DNA from: Candidatus Collierbacteria bacterium
GTDB lineage: Bacteria; Patescibacteriota; Microgenomatia; UBA1400; JACPES01
Reading direction: 5' to 3'
Length of the DNA: 64,000 bases
Assembly: GCA_016183365.1 (NCBI GenBank)
Contig: JACPES010000003.1
Coordinates: 169,467-233,466, forward strand
Positions 17,623-26,355 of this stretch are shown here, piece by piece. How positions within the stretch are numbered: the first letter of the stretch is position 1; each line of letters starts with the position of its first letter. The translations under genes and the position numbers were made by a program. The notes under the pieces are model-generated. The model was given only the letters and a program-made list of their open reading frames with translations. It had not been told where the DNA came from and ran no database searches.

Positions 17623-18042
17623 TTAATTCGAAAACACCACTAACTGCAATAATTTATCGAAACTAACAGAAAACTGCTCGAAGATATCGAGCCGACCCAA
17701 TAATAGTATCGAATCTTGAGAATGGACGAAATAACTTCTGACTTCAATCTCACGATTGTCGATCATTAACTTTATTTTTCCGGGCGAAGCCAGCAGGGCT
17801 TGTTGGCCAATTCCATAGAGTTTGGTTTTGATATTAGATTCATATTTAATTCCCAGTCTATTAGCTAAAGAAATCGGCAACATGGTGACATCGGCGCCAC
17901 TGTCGATTAAAAACCATAAGTGTTGCCAGCCCCACGAGGCTCTAACTGGAATTAATGCCAGGGGATTAAATATCCGACCTAAATCAATCTGTTTGTATTG
18001 ATAGGGAAAAGTAGGCACTGACTTGGCCATATTTTTCGACAA
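17623..18042 (-). CDS. Retropepsin-like (clan AA) aspartic protease, single domain.
   Basis: LIDSGADVTML shows the D-S/T-G-A active-site motif; the 139 aa size fits a homodimeric retropepsin fold. Confidence 0.7.
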   Translation of the reverse strand: MSKNMAKSVPTFPYQYKQIDLGRIFNPLALIPVRASWGWQHLWFLIDSGADVTMLPISLANRLGIKYESNIKTKLYGIGQQALLASPGKIKLMIDNREIEVRSYFVHSQDSILLLGRLDIFEQFSVSFDKLLQLVVFSN

Positions 18043-18205
18043 ATCCGATAGCTGTTTTTTGAGGCGGAACGGCTTTTCTTTTCAAATCTTTAAACAGCAA
18101 ATCAATGTTTTTAGCCTGAGAATAAACTTTGCGTCCGGTCTTGCTGGTTGCCACCCACTTGCCGCCGAATTTTTTCTGAAGCTTAAGATAAATGTCTGTT
18201 TTCAT
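17984..18205 (-). CDS. Small 74 aa protein with a GKWVA motif (DUF5678-like). It overlaps the protease gene.
   Basis: MKTDIYLKLQKKFGGKWVATSKTGRKVY... The ORF track's upstream extension (to 18280) lacks coding character. Confidence 0.4.
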   Translation of the reverse strand: MKTDIYLKLQKKFGGKWVATSKTGRKVYSQAKNIDLLFKDLKRKAVPPQKTAIGFVEKYGQVSAYFSLSIQTD

Positions 18206-18303
18206 GATTTGAGTATAAGCTTTGGCTTTAACGAAAGTCAATGGTTGGCAACTAACTCGTTTGGGAAAGGCACTTCGCATAGATTATAAACAGGAGCCCT
18301 GGC

Positions 18304-19962
18304 TCACACCTCCCTCGTCGTCGATTCGAGGACTTCTTCAGATTCCGAAAGCACCTGTTTCCAGTTGCCGATTTTTTGGGTTATTTCCAAAACGGCCGAG
18401 AGCTGTTCTATTTTTAAAAGTTTGGCCAAAATTAAATAAACCACTAACCCGATGACCGACACGCTGGTAGATAGACCAATTAAGGCTAAGGTTTTAGTGG
18501 TATCAAAAACAAATTGATCCAACAATCTTAATGGCACCCATAGGCATAAGCCGGTAGCGACGGAAGCGATCGCGATTTTAGTAGCAGGTTTTGCCATTCT
18601 CTTTATCAGCCCCGGAACTATCAACATATTTAAGACAACGGTCAGAATGATGACATTAAAAAAATCCAAAATTACGATCGAGGTGACTATGCCTAAAATA
18701 CCTAAGCCTAATTTTATGGAAAAAAAAGGCGCCAAAAAGATAACCGGCAGAGTTGAAATAGCCGCGCTGATTAAAGGAATTTTGGTATTTTGAGCGGCAT
18801 AAAAAGAGCGGGTTAGCAATTGATTTATGGCTTGGGCCGGAACTGACAAAGAGAATATAGCCACGGCTTTTCCGGTTAAAAGCGTGGCTTCCCAAGGAAA
18901 CGCTTTTGATCCGAAAGCTAATCTGACTGCCGGAATTCTTAAGACCAGCAATAAGGCAGCTGCCGGCAAAACAAAAAATAACAGTTGTAATATAGTGGCG
19001 GCAATAGTTTCGCCGAATTTATCCTGGCCTTCTTCTCTGGCATGGACTAAAGTCGGGAAAGAAGCCTGGCCAATGGTGGCTCCTAAAATCCCGATTGGGA
19101 GAATATACAGCTGCCTGGCAAAATTAAATAAAGTTATGGTACCGGCAGCCAGGCTGCTGGAGACGGCAACGGCAATGACTCTCTCCAATTGGCCTAAGCC
19201 CAATGTAAAAGCCCTGGCCGGCATCAGCCGGAGCATTTTTTTGACGTAAGGATTTTTCCAATCGGTGGATAGTCTCGGTCTAAATCCAACTTTTATTACT
19301 GCCGGAAGCTGAATTAAAAAATGGAGAAATGAGCCTAAAACCACCCCGACAGCCGGACCGAAAATCCCGATAGAGGGAGACAGGAATATGGTTCCGATGA
19401 TGATTCCCAGGTTATAGAATAAAGGCGCCAATGCCGACAGAATAAACAAATGGTGAGACTGCAAAATTCCGGTCATAAATGAACTTAAGGCAAAGAAGAA
19501 TTGAGCTGCCAGCATTACCCGGATTAATTCAGCGGTAATTTGAGTTAATTCAGGGGTAAAGCTGGGAGCTAAAATTTTACTGGCGGGATAAGCAAAAATA
19601 AATAATCCGGCCGATAACACCAAGAATAAAAACAAAATGCCGCTGGCGGCGGAATTGGCGATATGCCAGGCTTCCTTTTTATCGCGTCTTAGGGCTTCGG
19701 TGAAAACCGGAATGAACGCGGCCGATAGAGCTCCCAGAATTAATAATTGAAAGATCGTGTCCGGTAAGACAAAGGCCGCGAAATAAGCATCCAGCAGTGA
19801 CTTGTGATTAACAAAGAATAGTTGGGCTAAAAGCCGATTCCGGACTAACCCTAATAAACTCGACAGCCCATAGGCGATCATGATAACAGTGGCGGCGGAT
19901 AAAATACTGCTTTGCTTACGCAAAATAATATTGCTACCGTTTTTTATAAAAGTTGAAACCAT
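18304..19962 (-). CDS. murJ: Lipid II flippase MurJ/MviN.
   Basis: A 552 aa polytopic protein whose N-terminal region LLGLVRNRLLAQLFF... is typical of MurJ. Confidence 0.8.
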   Translation of the reverse strand: MVSTFIKNGSNIILRKQSSILSAATVIMIAYGLSSLLGLVRNRLLAQLFFVNHKSLLDAYFAAFVLPDTIFQLLILGALSAAFIPVFTEALRRDKKEAWHIANSAASGILFLFLVLSAGLFIFAYPASKILAPSFTPELTQITAELIRVMLAAQFFFALSSFMTGILQSHHLFILSALAPLFYNLGIIIGTIFLSPSIGIFGPAVGVVLGSFLHFLIQLPAVIKVGFRPRLSTDWKNPYVKKMLRLMPARAFTLGLGQLERVIAVAVSSSLAAGTITLFNFARQLYILPIGILGATIGQASFPTLVHAREEGQDKFGETIAATILQLLFFVLPAAALLLVLRIPAVRLAFGSKAFPWEATLLTGKAVAIFSLSVPAQAINQLLTRSFYAAQNTKIPLISAAISTLPVIFLAPFFSIKLGLGILGIVTSIVILDFFNVIILTVVLNMLIVPGLIKRMAKPATKIAIASVATGLCLWVPLRLLDQFVFDTTKTLALIGLSTSVSVIGLVVYLILAKLLKIEQLSAVLEITQKIGNWKQVLSESEEVLESTTREV

Positions 19963-20025
19963 AGGCTCAAGCCCAAGTATAAAGGTAAAGACGGGTTTTG
20001 AAAAGATGCTACAATACTATTTAAG

Positions 20026-20259
20026 ATGCCAATCACGACTTCGGCTTTAAAAAAATTAAGGCAGGACAAACGCCGAAACTTGGCAAATAATAAAATCAGG
20101 TCAAGTTTAAGGGCGGCCATTAAGGCAGTCCGTCAAAAGGAAGATCTGCCGCTATTGGGAAAAGCTTTTTCAGCCCTGGATAAAGCTGTTAAAAGTCATA
20201 TTATTCACCAGAATAAAGCTGCCAGGCTTAAAAGTAAGCTTGCCCGTTGGTTGCGGTAG
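20026..20259 (+). CDS. rpsT: 30S ribosomal protein S20.
   Basis: TSALKKLRQDKRRNLANNKIRSSLRAAIKA. Confidence 0.85.
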   Translation: MPITTSALKKLRQDKRRNLANNKIRSSLRAAIKAVRQKEDLPLLGKAFSALDKAVKSHIIHQNKAARLKSKLARWLR

Positions 20260-20287
20260 AGCTATACTTCTTTCATACAAGGAAAAT

Positions 20288-20839
20288 ATGCCTGCCCAAA
20301 TTAGTTCCAGAGTTAACTTTTTACCTTCCGATAGATTTGAATTTTCAAAAACCGGCAAATTTTTAAATTGGGCCCTGACTACAGGTCGGTATTTGGTGAT
20401 AATGACGGAGTTGGTTGTCACCCTGGCCTTTTTATCCAGATTTTGGTTCGATAGAGTTTTAACCGATCTCAAGGAATCTCGTTTTCAGAAAGAGGTAACG
20501 GTCGATAGTTTTAAAAATTTCGAGCGAACATTTTTATCCACCCAATCCAGGTTAAATTTTGTTAAACAAACTGTTGATTCATCTTTAAGAGCGGATGAGG
20601 AATTGACAGTGATCAACGAGTTAAGCCCAAAAGGGATAGATTATAACCAAATCCAAATTGAGCCGGACAGAACTGTTTTGTCCGGATTTGCCGCCAGCGC
20701 TTCAGACTTTTCATCTTTACTTTCCAGCTTGGAATCCAGAGAGAGATTTTCGGAAATATCGGTGAAAATATTAAAACTGTCTTTGGCTAGAAAACCCGGG
20801 TTTGATTTCGAAATTGACGCTATAAGGACCCCAAAATGA
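20288..20839 (+). CDS. Type IV pilus assembly PilN-like protein.
   Basis: A VNFLPSD motif (compare PilN INLLPWR), a single TM segment, and a periplasmic domain. Confidence 0.45.
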   Translation: MPAQISSRVNFLPSDRFEFSKTGKFLNWALTTGRYLVIMTELVVTLAFLSRFWFDRVLTDLKESRFQKEVTVDSFKNFERTFLSTQSRLNFVKQTVDSSLRADEELTVINELSPKGIDYNQIQIEPDRTVLSGFAASASDFSSLLSSLESRERFSEISVKILKLSLARKPGFDFEIDAIRTPK

Positions 20840-21525
20840 CTTTTGATTATCGGAAACAATACCAGCAATATCGCCAATATATAGATAGTATAGTGGAAAA
20901 AACCAGAACCCCGGCCACCAGGGTATCTTTGACAGTGGTCGGAACTATAGCCTTTACCGGATTTTTGGCAGTGTTTGCGCTTAGGCCGACTTTAATCACC
21001 GTGGCCGGTTTATGGAAAGAAATAAATACGGAAAAAGAAATCATTATTGGCTTGGACAGGAAATTGAAATTGTTGCAAGCGGCTAATAAAAATTATGATC
21101 AGGCTGGTTCCAGGCTTTACTTTTTGGATAGAGCAATACCCGTAACTATAGAGGTTGAGAATATGGCTAAAGATCTGGAATTACTAGCTTCAGAAAATGG
21201 TTTAAATACTTTAGAATTTAAAGAAGAAAATTTTTGGCTGTTGTCACCGCAGCTGGCTGACAATTCTTCAGTCAGTATATCCGGAGTAGATATAAGAATG
21301 TCGATAGGCGGCCAAGAGCCGCAGATCAGGAATTTTATTGGTAATTTAGAAAAGTTGGGCCGAATGGTAAAAATAAAATCAATAACAATCAGGTCGGTCC
21401 CGGAAACGGAAAGGACGGAAAGGCCGTTTCCGGTTTACGCAATGCTTGGAATAACCATGTTTACCAGCCAACCGGGGGTATTGGAAGCGCCTCCGATCGA
21501 AAGCCCGGGAAAGGATCAATTATGA
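20836..21525 (+). CDS. Type IV pilus assembly PilO-like protein.
   Basis: N-terminal TM and coiled-coil, in the position downstream of the PilN-like gene. Confidence 0.4.
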   Translation: MTFDYRKQYQQYRQYIDSIVEKTRTPATRVSLTVVGTIAFTGFLAVFALRPTLITVAGLWKEINTEKEIIIGLDRKLKLLQAANKNYDQAGSRLYFLDRAIPVTIEVENMAKDLELLASENGLNTLEFKEENFWLLSPQLADNSSVSISGVDIRMSIGGQEPQIRNFIGNLEKLGRMVKIKSITIRSVPETERTERPFPVYAMLGITMFTSQPGVLEAPPIESPGKDQL

Positions 21526-21800
21526 GCGTAGTTGTCAAAAGTGAGAAAATATTTATTGCTAAAGAATGGTTGGTGGTGGCGGTAATGACCTTTATGATGG
21601 TAGTCGCCTGGATTAGCGTCAGCGTTTATCAGGTATTGTCCAAGTCGGGTATTGCCCCGGCCCAAGCCGAGAGATTAAAAGGATTCTCGCCGGTATTGGA
21701 CGAGGTGGCCCTGCAGGATTTAGGAAGCAGGAAACAGTTGCTAGATTTGTCGTCAGTTGCAGCGCCAAAACCGACCGAACCTGCGGAGAAGGTTCAATAA
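21522..21800 (+). CDS. Small membrane protein, hypothetical.
   Basis: One TM helix; translationally coupled to the PilO-like gene. Confidence 0.3.
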   Translation: MSVVVKSEKIFIAKEWLVVAVMTFMMVVAWISVSVYQVLSKSGIAPAQAERLKGFSPVLDEVALQDLGSRKQLLDLSSVAAPKPTEPAEKVQ

Positions 21801-21801
21801 A

Positions 21802-23169
21802 ATGCAGAGGGTAGTTAAAATTCCGACACTATTGGGATTAATAGTATTAGTGGCAGGACTGATCGGTGGCATAATAATGATTAATAGCCGTCAGCAAGTA
21901 GTGACTAAAGTTGCGGCTTCGCCGACGCCTCAAGGGGTGGCTTTGTCAAATATTACTGATAGGTCGTTTACGGTTAGTTGGACAACTGCGTTTCCGGCCA
22001 CCGGTTTTATCAAATTAATGCCGCAAGGCAAGCTATCAGAGAAAATTATTCTGGACGACCGGGATAGGGATAAGGGCTCTCAAAATAAGCGGACTGTCCA
22101 TTATGTAACTGTTGACTCTTTGACGCCTTCAGAAACGTATAAATTTGTGATTGGCGGAGACAATAGTCAATTTGACCAGAACGGTTCGCCGTTTTCCGTC
22201 CGGATAGCTCAAACTTTGTCTTCGGCGCCGCAGTCTGACATCGCCAGCGGAGTAATTTTATCCGAAAATGGCCAGGCAGCGGAAGGCATAATCGTTTATA
22301 TCCAGATACCCGGCGGCCAATTGGCTTCAGCTTTAAGCGGCAGCGACGGGAGATGGGCGGCACCTCTATCGGTCGTCAGGACAGAAAACGGAGATTCCTG
22401 GTTGAATTACGATTTAAGCGCCACCATTTATGCCGTTAAAGCCGACGGCGGACCGGAGGGGATAGCGGATGCAATTTTAACTACAGCTATAGATAAACCG
22501 GTTCCTCCTCTAAAACTCGGAAATTCTTATGATTTCCGCCAGAGCAAAGAATCGGTATTAAGTGAAGGAAACAAACAAAATCCTTCTTCCGAAAAGCCTT
22601 TTTCCGATGAAACTGAAATAAACTCATTATTTGATTTTTCTTCTTTGGGACCGGTAACTCCTTTAAACGAAGGGTTGACTTTAGATAATCCCAAAAAGGA
22701 AGGCGAGGTTATTTATACCGATAAACCGGAATTCTTTGGGTCAGGTTCGGCCGGATCCTCGGTTGAGGTAGTGATTGAATCTGCAAACACTATTACCGGC
22801 GAAATAAAAGTAGACGGTAGCGGCAAATGGTCGTTTCCGGCCACGGCTAATCTTGAGGATGGCAACCATACTATTACATTGAAATGGACCGATGCTAATG
22901 GGATTGTTCAGGTATTGAAGAGGTCATTTGTGGTAAACGCCGCTTCCGGCCGTCCGGCATATGTTTCTACTCCTTCGGCTACACCGACTTCAAAATCTAA
23001 AACCCCCACTCCAACTATCCCGCCCAATAAATCAGTTCCGTCGACTTCGTCCGGAATACCTAAATCCGGCGGCTTGACTCAAACTGTCATCATATTTATG
23101 ATAGGATTAACTTTGGTGGTAACAGGTCTATTTTCTACGGTTAAACCCAATAAAAATTTAATTAAATGA
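21802..23169 (+). CDS. Secreted, anchored surface protein with an FN3 / purple-acid-phosphatase-N-like domain and a C-terminal TM anchor.
   Basis: TDRSFTVSWTT...VHYVTVDSLTPSETYKF is FN3-like. The C-terminus has an IPKSGG motif, a hydrophobic segment and KPNKNLIK. Confidence 0.45.
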   Translation: MQRVVKIPTLLGLIVLVAGLIGGIIMINSRQQVVTKVAASPTPQGVALSNITDRSFTVSWTTAFPATGFIKLMPQGKLSEKIILDDRDRDKGSQNKRTVHYVTVDSLTPSETYKFVIGGDNSQFDQNGSPFSVRIAQTLSSAPQSDIASGVILSENGQAAEGIIVYIQIPGGQLASALSGSDGRWAAPLSVVRTENGDSWLNYDLSATIYAVKADGGPEGIADAILTTAIDKPVPPLKLGNSYDFRQSKESVLSEGNKQNPSSEKPFSDETEINSLFDFSSLGPVTPLNEGLTLDNPKKEGEVIYTDKPEFFGSGSAGSSVEVVIESANTITGEIKVDGSGKWSFPATANLEDGNHTITLKWTDANGIVQVLKRSFVVNAASGRPAYVSTPSATPTSKSKTPTPTIPPNKSVPSTSSGIPKSGGLTQTVIIFMIGLTLVVTGLFSTVKPNKNLIK

Positions 23170-24521
23170 CCGATAAACTATCCAATAATACTCCAGTCCC
23201 TTTCATTCCAACGGTTGACCCTTCGGTTTTACCGGATTCTCCGCCCCCGCAGGAAGTAGCGGCGGATCCGATTACGCCGTTACCATCTATGTCACCTTTG
23301 GCTGCTAACCCGACCACAGAATTTGGCGTTCCGGAACTTAAAGCTGAAACCATGATTGAGCCTGATCCACCTAAAGCCGTGGCGGAAAATCCGATAACCC
23401 CATCTGCTTCGCCTGTTCCGGAAGAAAACCCGGCTATCCGTCCGCCGGGGGCTTCATCAGCGGTTGGAAATAAATCCGGGGATCCATATATTAAACAACA
23501 TCATGGTTTACCAAAGGCAATAATAGCCGGCATTGCCTCATTGGTGTTTTTGATTGGGGGTTTGGGCGCCGGCGTCTATCTCTCCCGCCAAAAACAAAGT
23601 TCCAAGATTGAGGCCTCGGTATGTTCTCCAAATGGAGTAACGGAGAGATATTGCAACTCAAGTGTCTCTCCGGAAGCTAATAAATGCCATTCCTGTCAAA
23701 ATAACGAGTGGCAAGAAGACAGCGATTGCGCCGGATTAACTTGTAATGCTTGCGGCGATACAAATAATCCCAACGATAACACCACTTGTCAAGCGGGCGG
23801 AGGTGGCGGAGGTGGCGGAGGTGGCGGACAAGCAGGAACATGTACAGATACGTCATGCTCTGCGGATACTAATCAGTTTGTGCGGCACTTTGTGTGCGAC
23901 AGTGCCCTCATTGGCGGAAAGTGCGAACCAGGCACTCATGGAGGAGAAGTTGTTTATGATTCAGGAGACAACAGAAATAATAAATATGCTTCGTTTCGTG
24001 GGGACTCATGTACGTCGGAACAAATCGATCTGTTTAATAATGTGGGAGACCCTTATACGGAGGGATTTGTGCAGTTTATCGCCCGTAATAACGACTTTAG
24101 CAATTGTGGAGCCCCCACAAGCACCCCAAGGCCGACCCCCACTCCCACGTCGAGGCCGACACCAACGCCAACACCGACACCGAGGCCACCATCAGCGACT
24201 CCGACGCCGGTGACGATTTCCGCCAACTGTGAAAGTTTGGTGGGTCAAGTATCGAATGGTGCCGGCGGGTGGACCAGTAAAACCGACAGCGAGTTTGTGG
24301 CCGCGGTCCGACCCGGAGATAGAGTCCGATTTGTTTGCACCGGCCACAAGACGCAGGGTTCCTTCACCAAATCGGCGTTTTTCATTAACAGCATATTGCA
24401 TGTGGACGATGTAGTGAAATTGAACGAGACCCAGTTTGCGGTGGAATACACCATCTCGGCGGCAGGCCAATTGGAAGTAGAATCGGTGCTTTTGCACGAC
24501 ACGAAAGGATGGGTGGATTAA
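23166..24521 (+). CDS. Cys-rich surface protein with a poly-Gly run and Pro-Thr linker repeats.
   Basis: A TM segment, a Cys-rich module (CHSCQN...CNACGD), an 11-residue Gly run and a PTPTPT linker. I recognise no family. Confidence 0.45.
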   Translation: MTDKLSNNTPVPFIPTVDPSVLPDSPPPQEVAADPITPLPSMSPLAANPTTEFGVPELKAETMIEPDPPKAVAENPITPSASPVPEENPAIRPPGASSAVGNKSGDPYIKQHHGLPKAIIAGIASLVFLIGGLGAGVYLSRQKQSSKIEASVCSPNGVTERYCNSSVSPEANKCHSCQNNEWQEDSDCAGLTCNACGDTNNPNDNTTCQAGGGGGGGGGGGQAGTCTDTSCSADTNQFVRHFVCDSALIGGKCEPGTHGGEVVYDSGDNRNNKYASFRGDSCTSEQIDLFNNVGDPYTEGFVQFIARNNDFSNCGAPTSTPRPTPTPTSRPTPTPTPTPRPPSATPTPVTISANCESLVGQVSNGAGGWTSKTDSEFVAAVRPGDRVRFVCTGHKTQGSFTKSAFFINSILHVDDVVKLNETQFAVEYTISAAGQLEVESVLLHDTKGWVD

Positions 24522-25051
24522 TGATAATTACTCAAAAACAGAAAAGATTGATGACCATAGGCGGAGTATTGTTGGTGTTGGCGCTGTTGATTATCGCGGT
24601 AATGACGGCTTTGAGGCTGCAGCAGATCGGGACCGAACCGGTGGTCCCCAGCGTCCCCAAAAGCCAACCTCGGGCCCAGGCTGCCATTCCGACTCCGGGA
24701 GCAGACAGCGCCTGCCGCAAAACTTGGACCATTGCGCTAGCGCCGACACTGACGCCCACTCCGACGTCTACTCCGACTCCAACCGGAACCTTAACTCCGA
24801 CTCCAATCGGCACTCTGACACCGACGCCGACTTCTACCCCGACTTTGACTCCCACCGGGACCCTGCAACCAACTTCTACCGGTACCATCATTCCGACTAA
24901 CACTTCTGCCCCTTTGGTTCAGGGACCAACTGCCATTCCTACCGTGGCCCAACAACAGGCCTTGCCTCAAGCCGGGGGCATCGGCCAAACATTAGGTGTC
25001 ATTGTCGCCGGTTTAGGGGCGGTAATCTTGGGAATACTTCTTATCCTGTAA
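24509..25051 (+). CDS. PT-repeat surface protein with an LPQAG-type sortase-like C-terminal signal.
   Basis: Tandem TLTPTPxGT repeats; the C-terminus has LPQAGG followed by a hydrophobic segment. Confidence 0.45.
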   Translation: MGGLMIITQKQKRLMTIGGVLLVLALLIIAVMTALRLQQIGTEPVVPSVPKSQPRAQAAIPTPGADSACRKTWTIALAPTLTPTPTSTPTPTGTLTPTPIGTLTPTPTSTPTLTPTGTLQPTSTGTIIPTNTSAPLVQGPTAIPTVAQQQALPQAGGIGQTLGVIVAGLGAVILGILLIL

Positions 25052-25060
25052 AATCATCTG

Positions 25061-26266
25061 GTGAAGATTGCAATTGTGGGGGCGGGATTTGCCGGTTTGG
25101 CGGCGGGACTGGAACTAGCAAAAGGTGGAGTTGAGGTCAAGATCTTTGAATCCCAAGATAAAATCGGCGGTCTGGCGGTTGGATTTAAGGAGCCAAATTG
25201 GGATTGGTCGGCGGAAAAGTTTTATCATCACATCTTTACCAACGACTTAGATATTATCCGTTTATCAAAAGAAGTCGGGATAAGCCCCATATTCTTGAGA
25301 CCCAAAACTTGTGTTTATTGGCACCGGAAAATTTACCCTTTTGATTCTCCGATTGATCTAATGAAGTTTTCGGGATTAAGTTGGATCGATAAATTTAGGA
25401 TGGGAATAGTTTTGGCTTTGTTCAAGCTATTACCTAACGGAAAATTTTTGGAAAAATGGACTGCCGAAAAAGGGCTTAAATTTTTGATGGGCGAGAACGG
25501 GTATAAGACAATATGGGAACCATTGTTAACTGGTAAATTTTCTGAATTTGCAGGTCTTGTTAACCTGGCCTGGTTTTGGGCCAGGATAAAAAAACGAACC
25601 CCAGAATTGGGGACATTTCCCGGCGGCTTTCAGGCTTTGGCCGATAGAATTGCCCAAAAGATAATAGAGTCAGGCGGAAAAATCCACCTAAATAGCCGGG
25701 CAGATGTTAATATTCTTCAAAATACATTTGACGCCGTCTTGACCACTACTATTTTTTCTCCCACTCCTCACTCCTTACCACCCACTCTTTATCTCAATGC
25801 CCACGTTCTATTTCTGGAATTAAACCGGCCATTTTTACCCCCGAATATTTATTGGCTGAACATTTTGAATAGGGAATTTCCCTTTTTGGTTGTCTGCGAG
25901 CATACCAACTTTGTCGGAACAGAACGCTTTGGCGATAAACATTTACTATATTTGGGGAATTATCTTCCTGAAGATCATAGGCTATTTACCTTAACCTCGG
26001 AAAAGATCCTTCAGGAGTTTTTACCATGGCTATCTAAGATTAATCCGAATTTTTCAAGAAAACAGATCAGCAAATTTTTTGTTTTCCGCGGCCCTAAAGC
26101 CCAGTCGGTGATGACTCTCAATTATTCCCGCCGAATTCCGCCTATCAAAGTCAATGAAAAATTATATTCCATTAATCAGGCTATGATTTATCCTTGGGAT
26201 AGAGGTACAAACTACGCGGTGGAATTAGGACAGAAGGCGGCGAGAGAGATAATTAATGATTTATGA
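25061..26266 (+). CDS. FAD/NAD(P)-dependent oxidoreductase (amine-oxidase / phytoene-desaturase-like). GTG start.
   Basis: MKIAIVGAGFAGLAAGLELAKGG ... FESQDKIGG shows a Rossmann dinucleotide-binding motif. Confidence 0.65.
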   Translation: MKIAIVGAGFAGLAAGLELAKGGVEVKIFESQDKIGGLAVGFKEPNWDWSAEKFYHHIFTNDLDIIRLSKEVGISPIFLRPKTCVYWHRKIYPFDSPIDLMKFSGLSWIDKFRMGIVLALFKLLPNGKFLEKWTAEKGLKFLMGENGYKTIWEPLLTGKFSEFAGLVNLAWFWARIKKRTPELGTFPGGFQALADRIAQKIIESGGKIHLNSRADVNILQNTFDAVLTTTIFSPTPHSLPPTLYLNAHVLFLELNRPFLPPNIYWLNILNREFPFLVVCEHTNFVGTERFGDKHLLYLGNYLPEDHRLFTLTSEKILQEFLPWLSKINPNFSRKQISKFFVFRGPKAQSVMTLNYSRRIPPIKVNEKLYSINQAMIYPWDRGTNYAVELGQKAAREIINDL

Positions 26267-26355
26267 AGTATGAATTATGATTTATGAATTAGGCAAACAT
26301 AAACAAAAGTATTTGCAATTTATTCATAATTCGTAAATCGTAAATCGTAATTCAG

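Noticed and set aside
23746-24903. Arg/His-rich (23746..24213) and Val/Gly-rich (24532..24903) ORFs.
   Set aside because: They are alternate-frame or antisense readings of the Pro-Thr repeat DNA inside the surface-protein genes.
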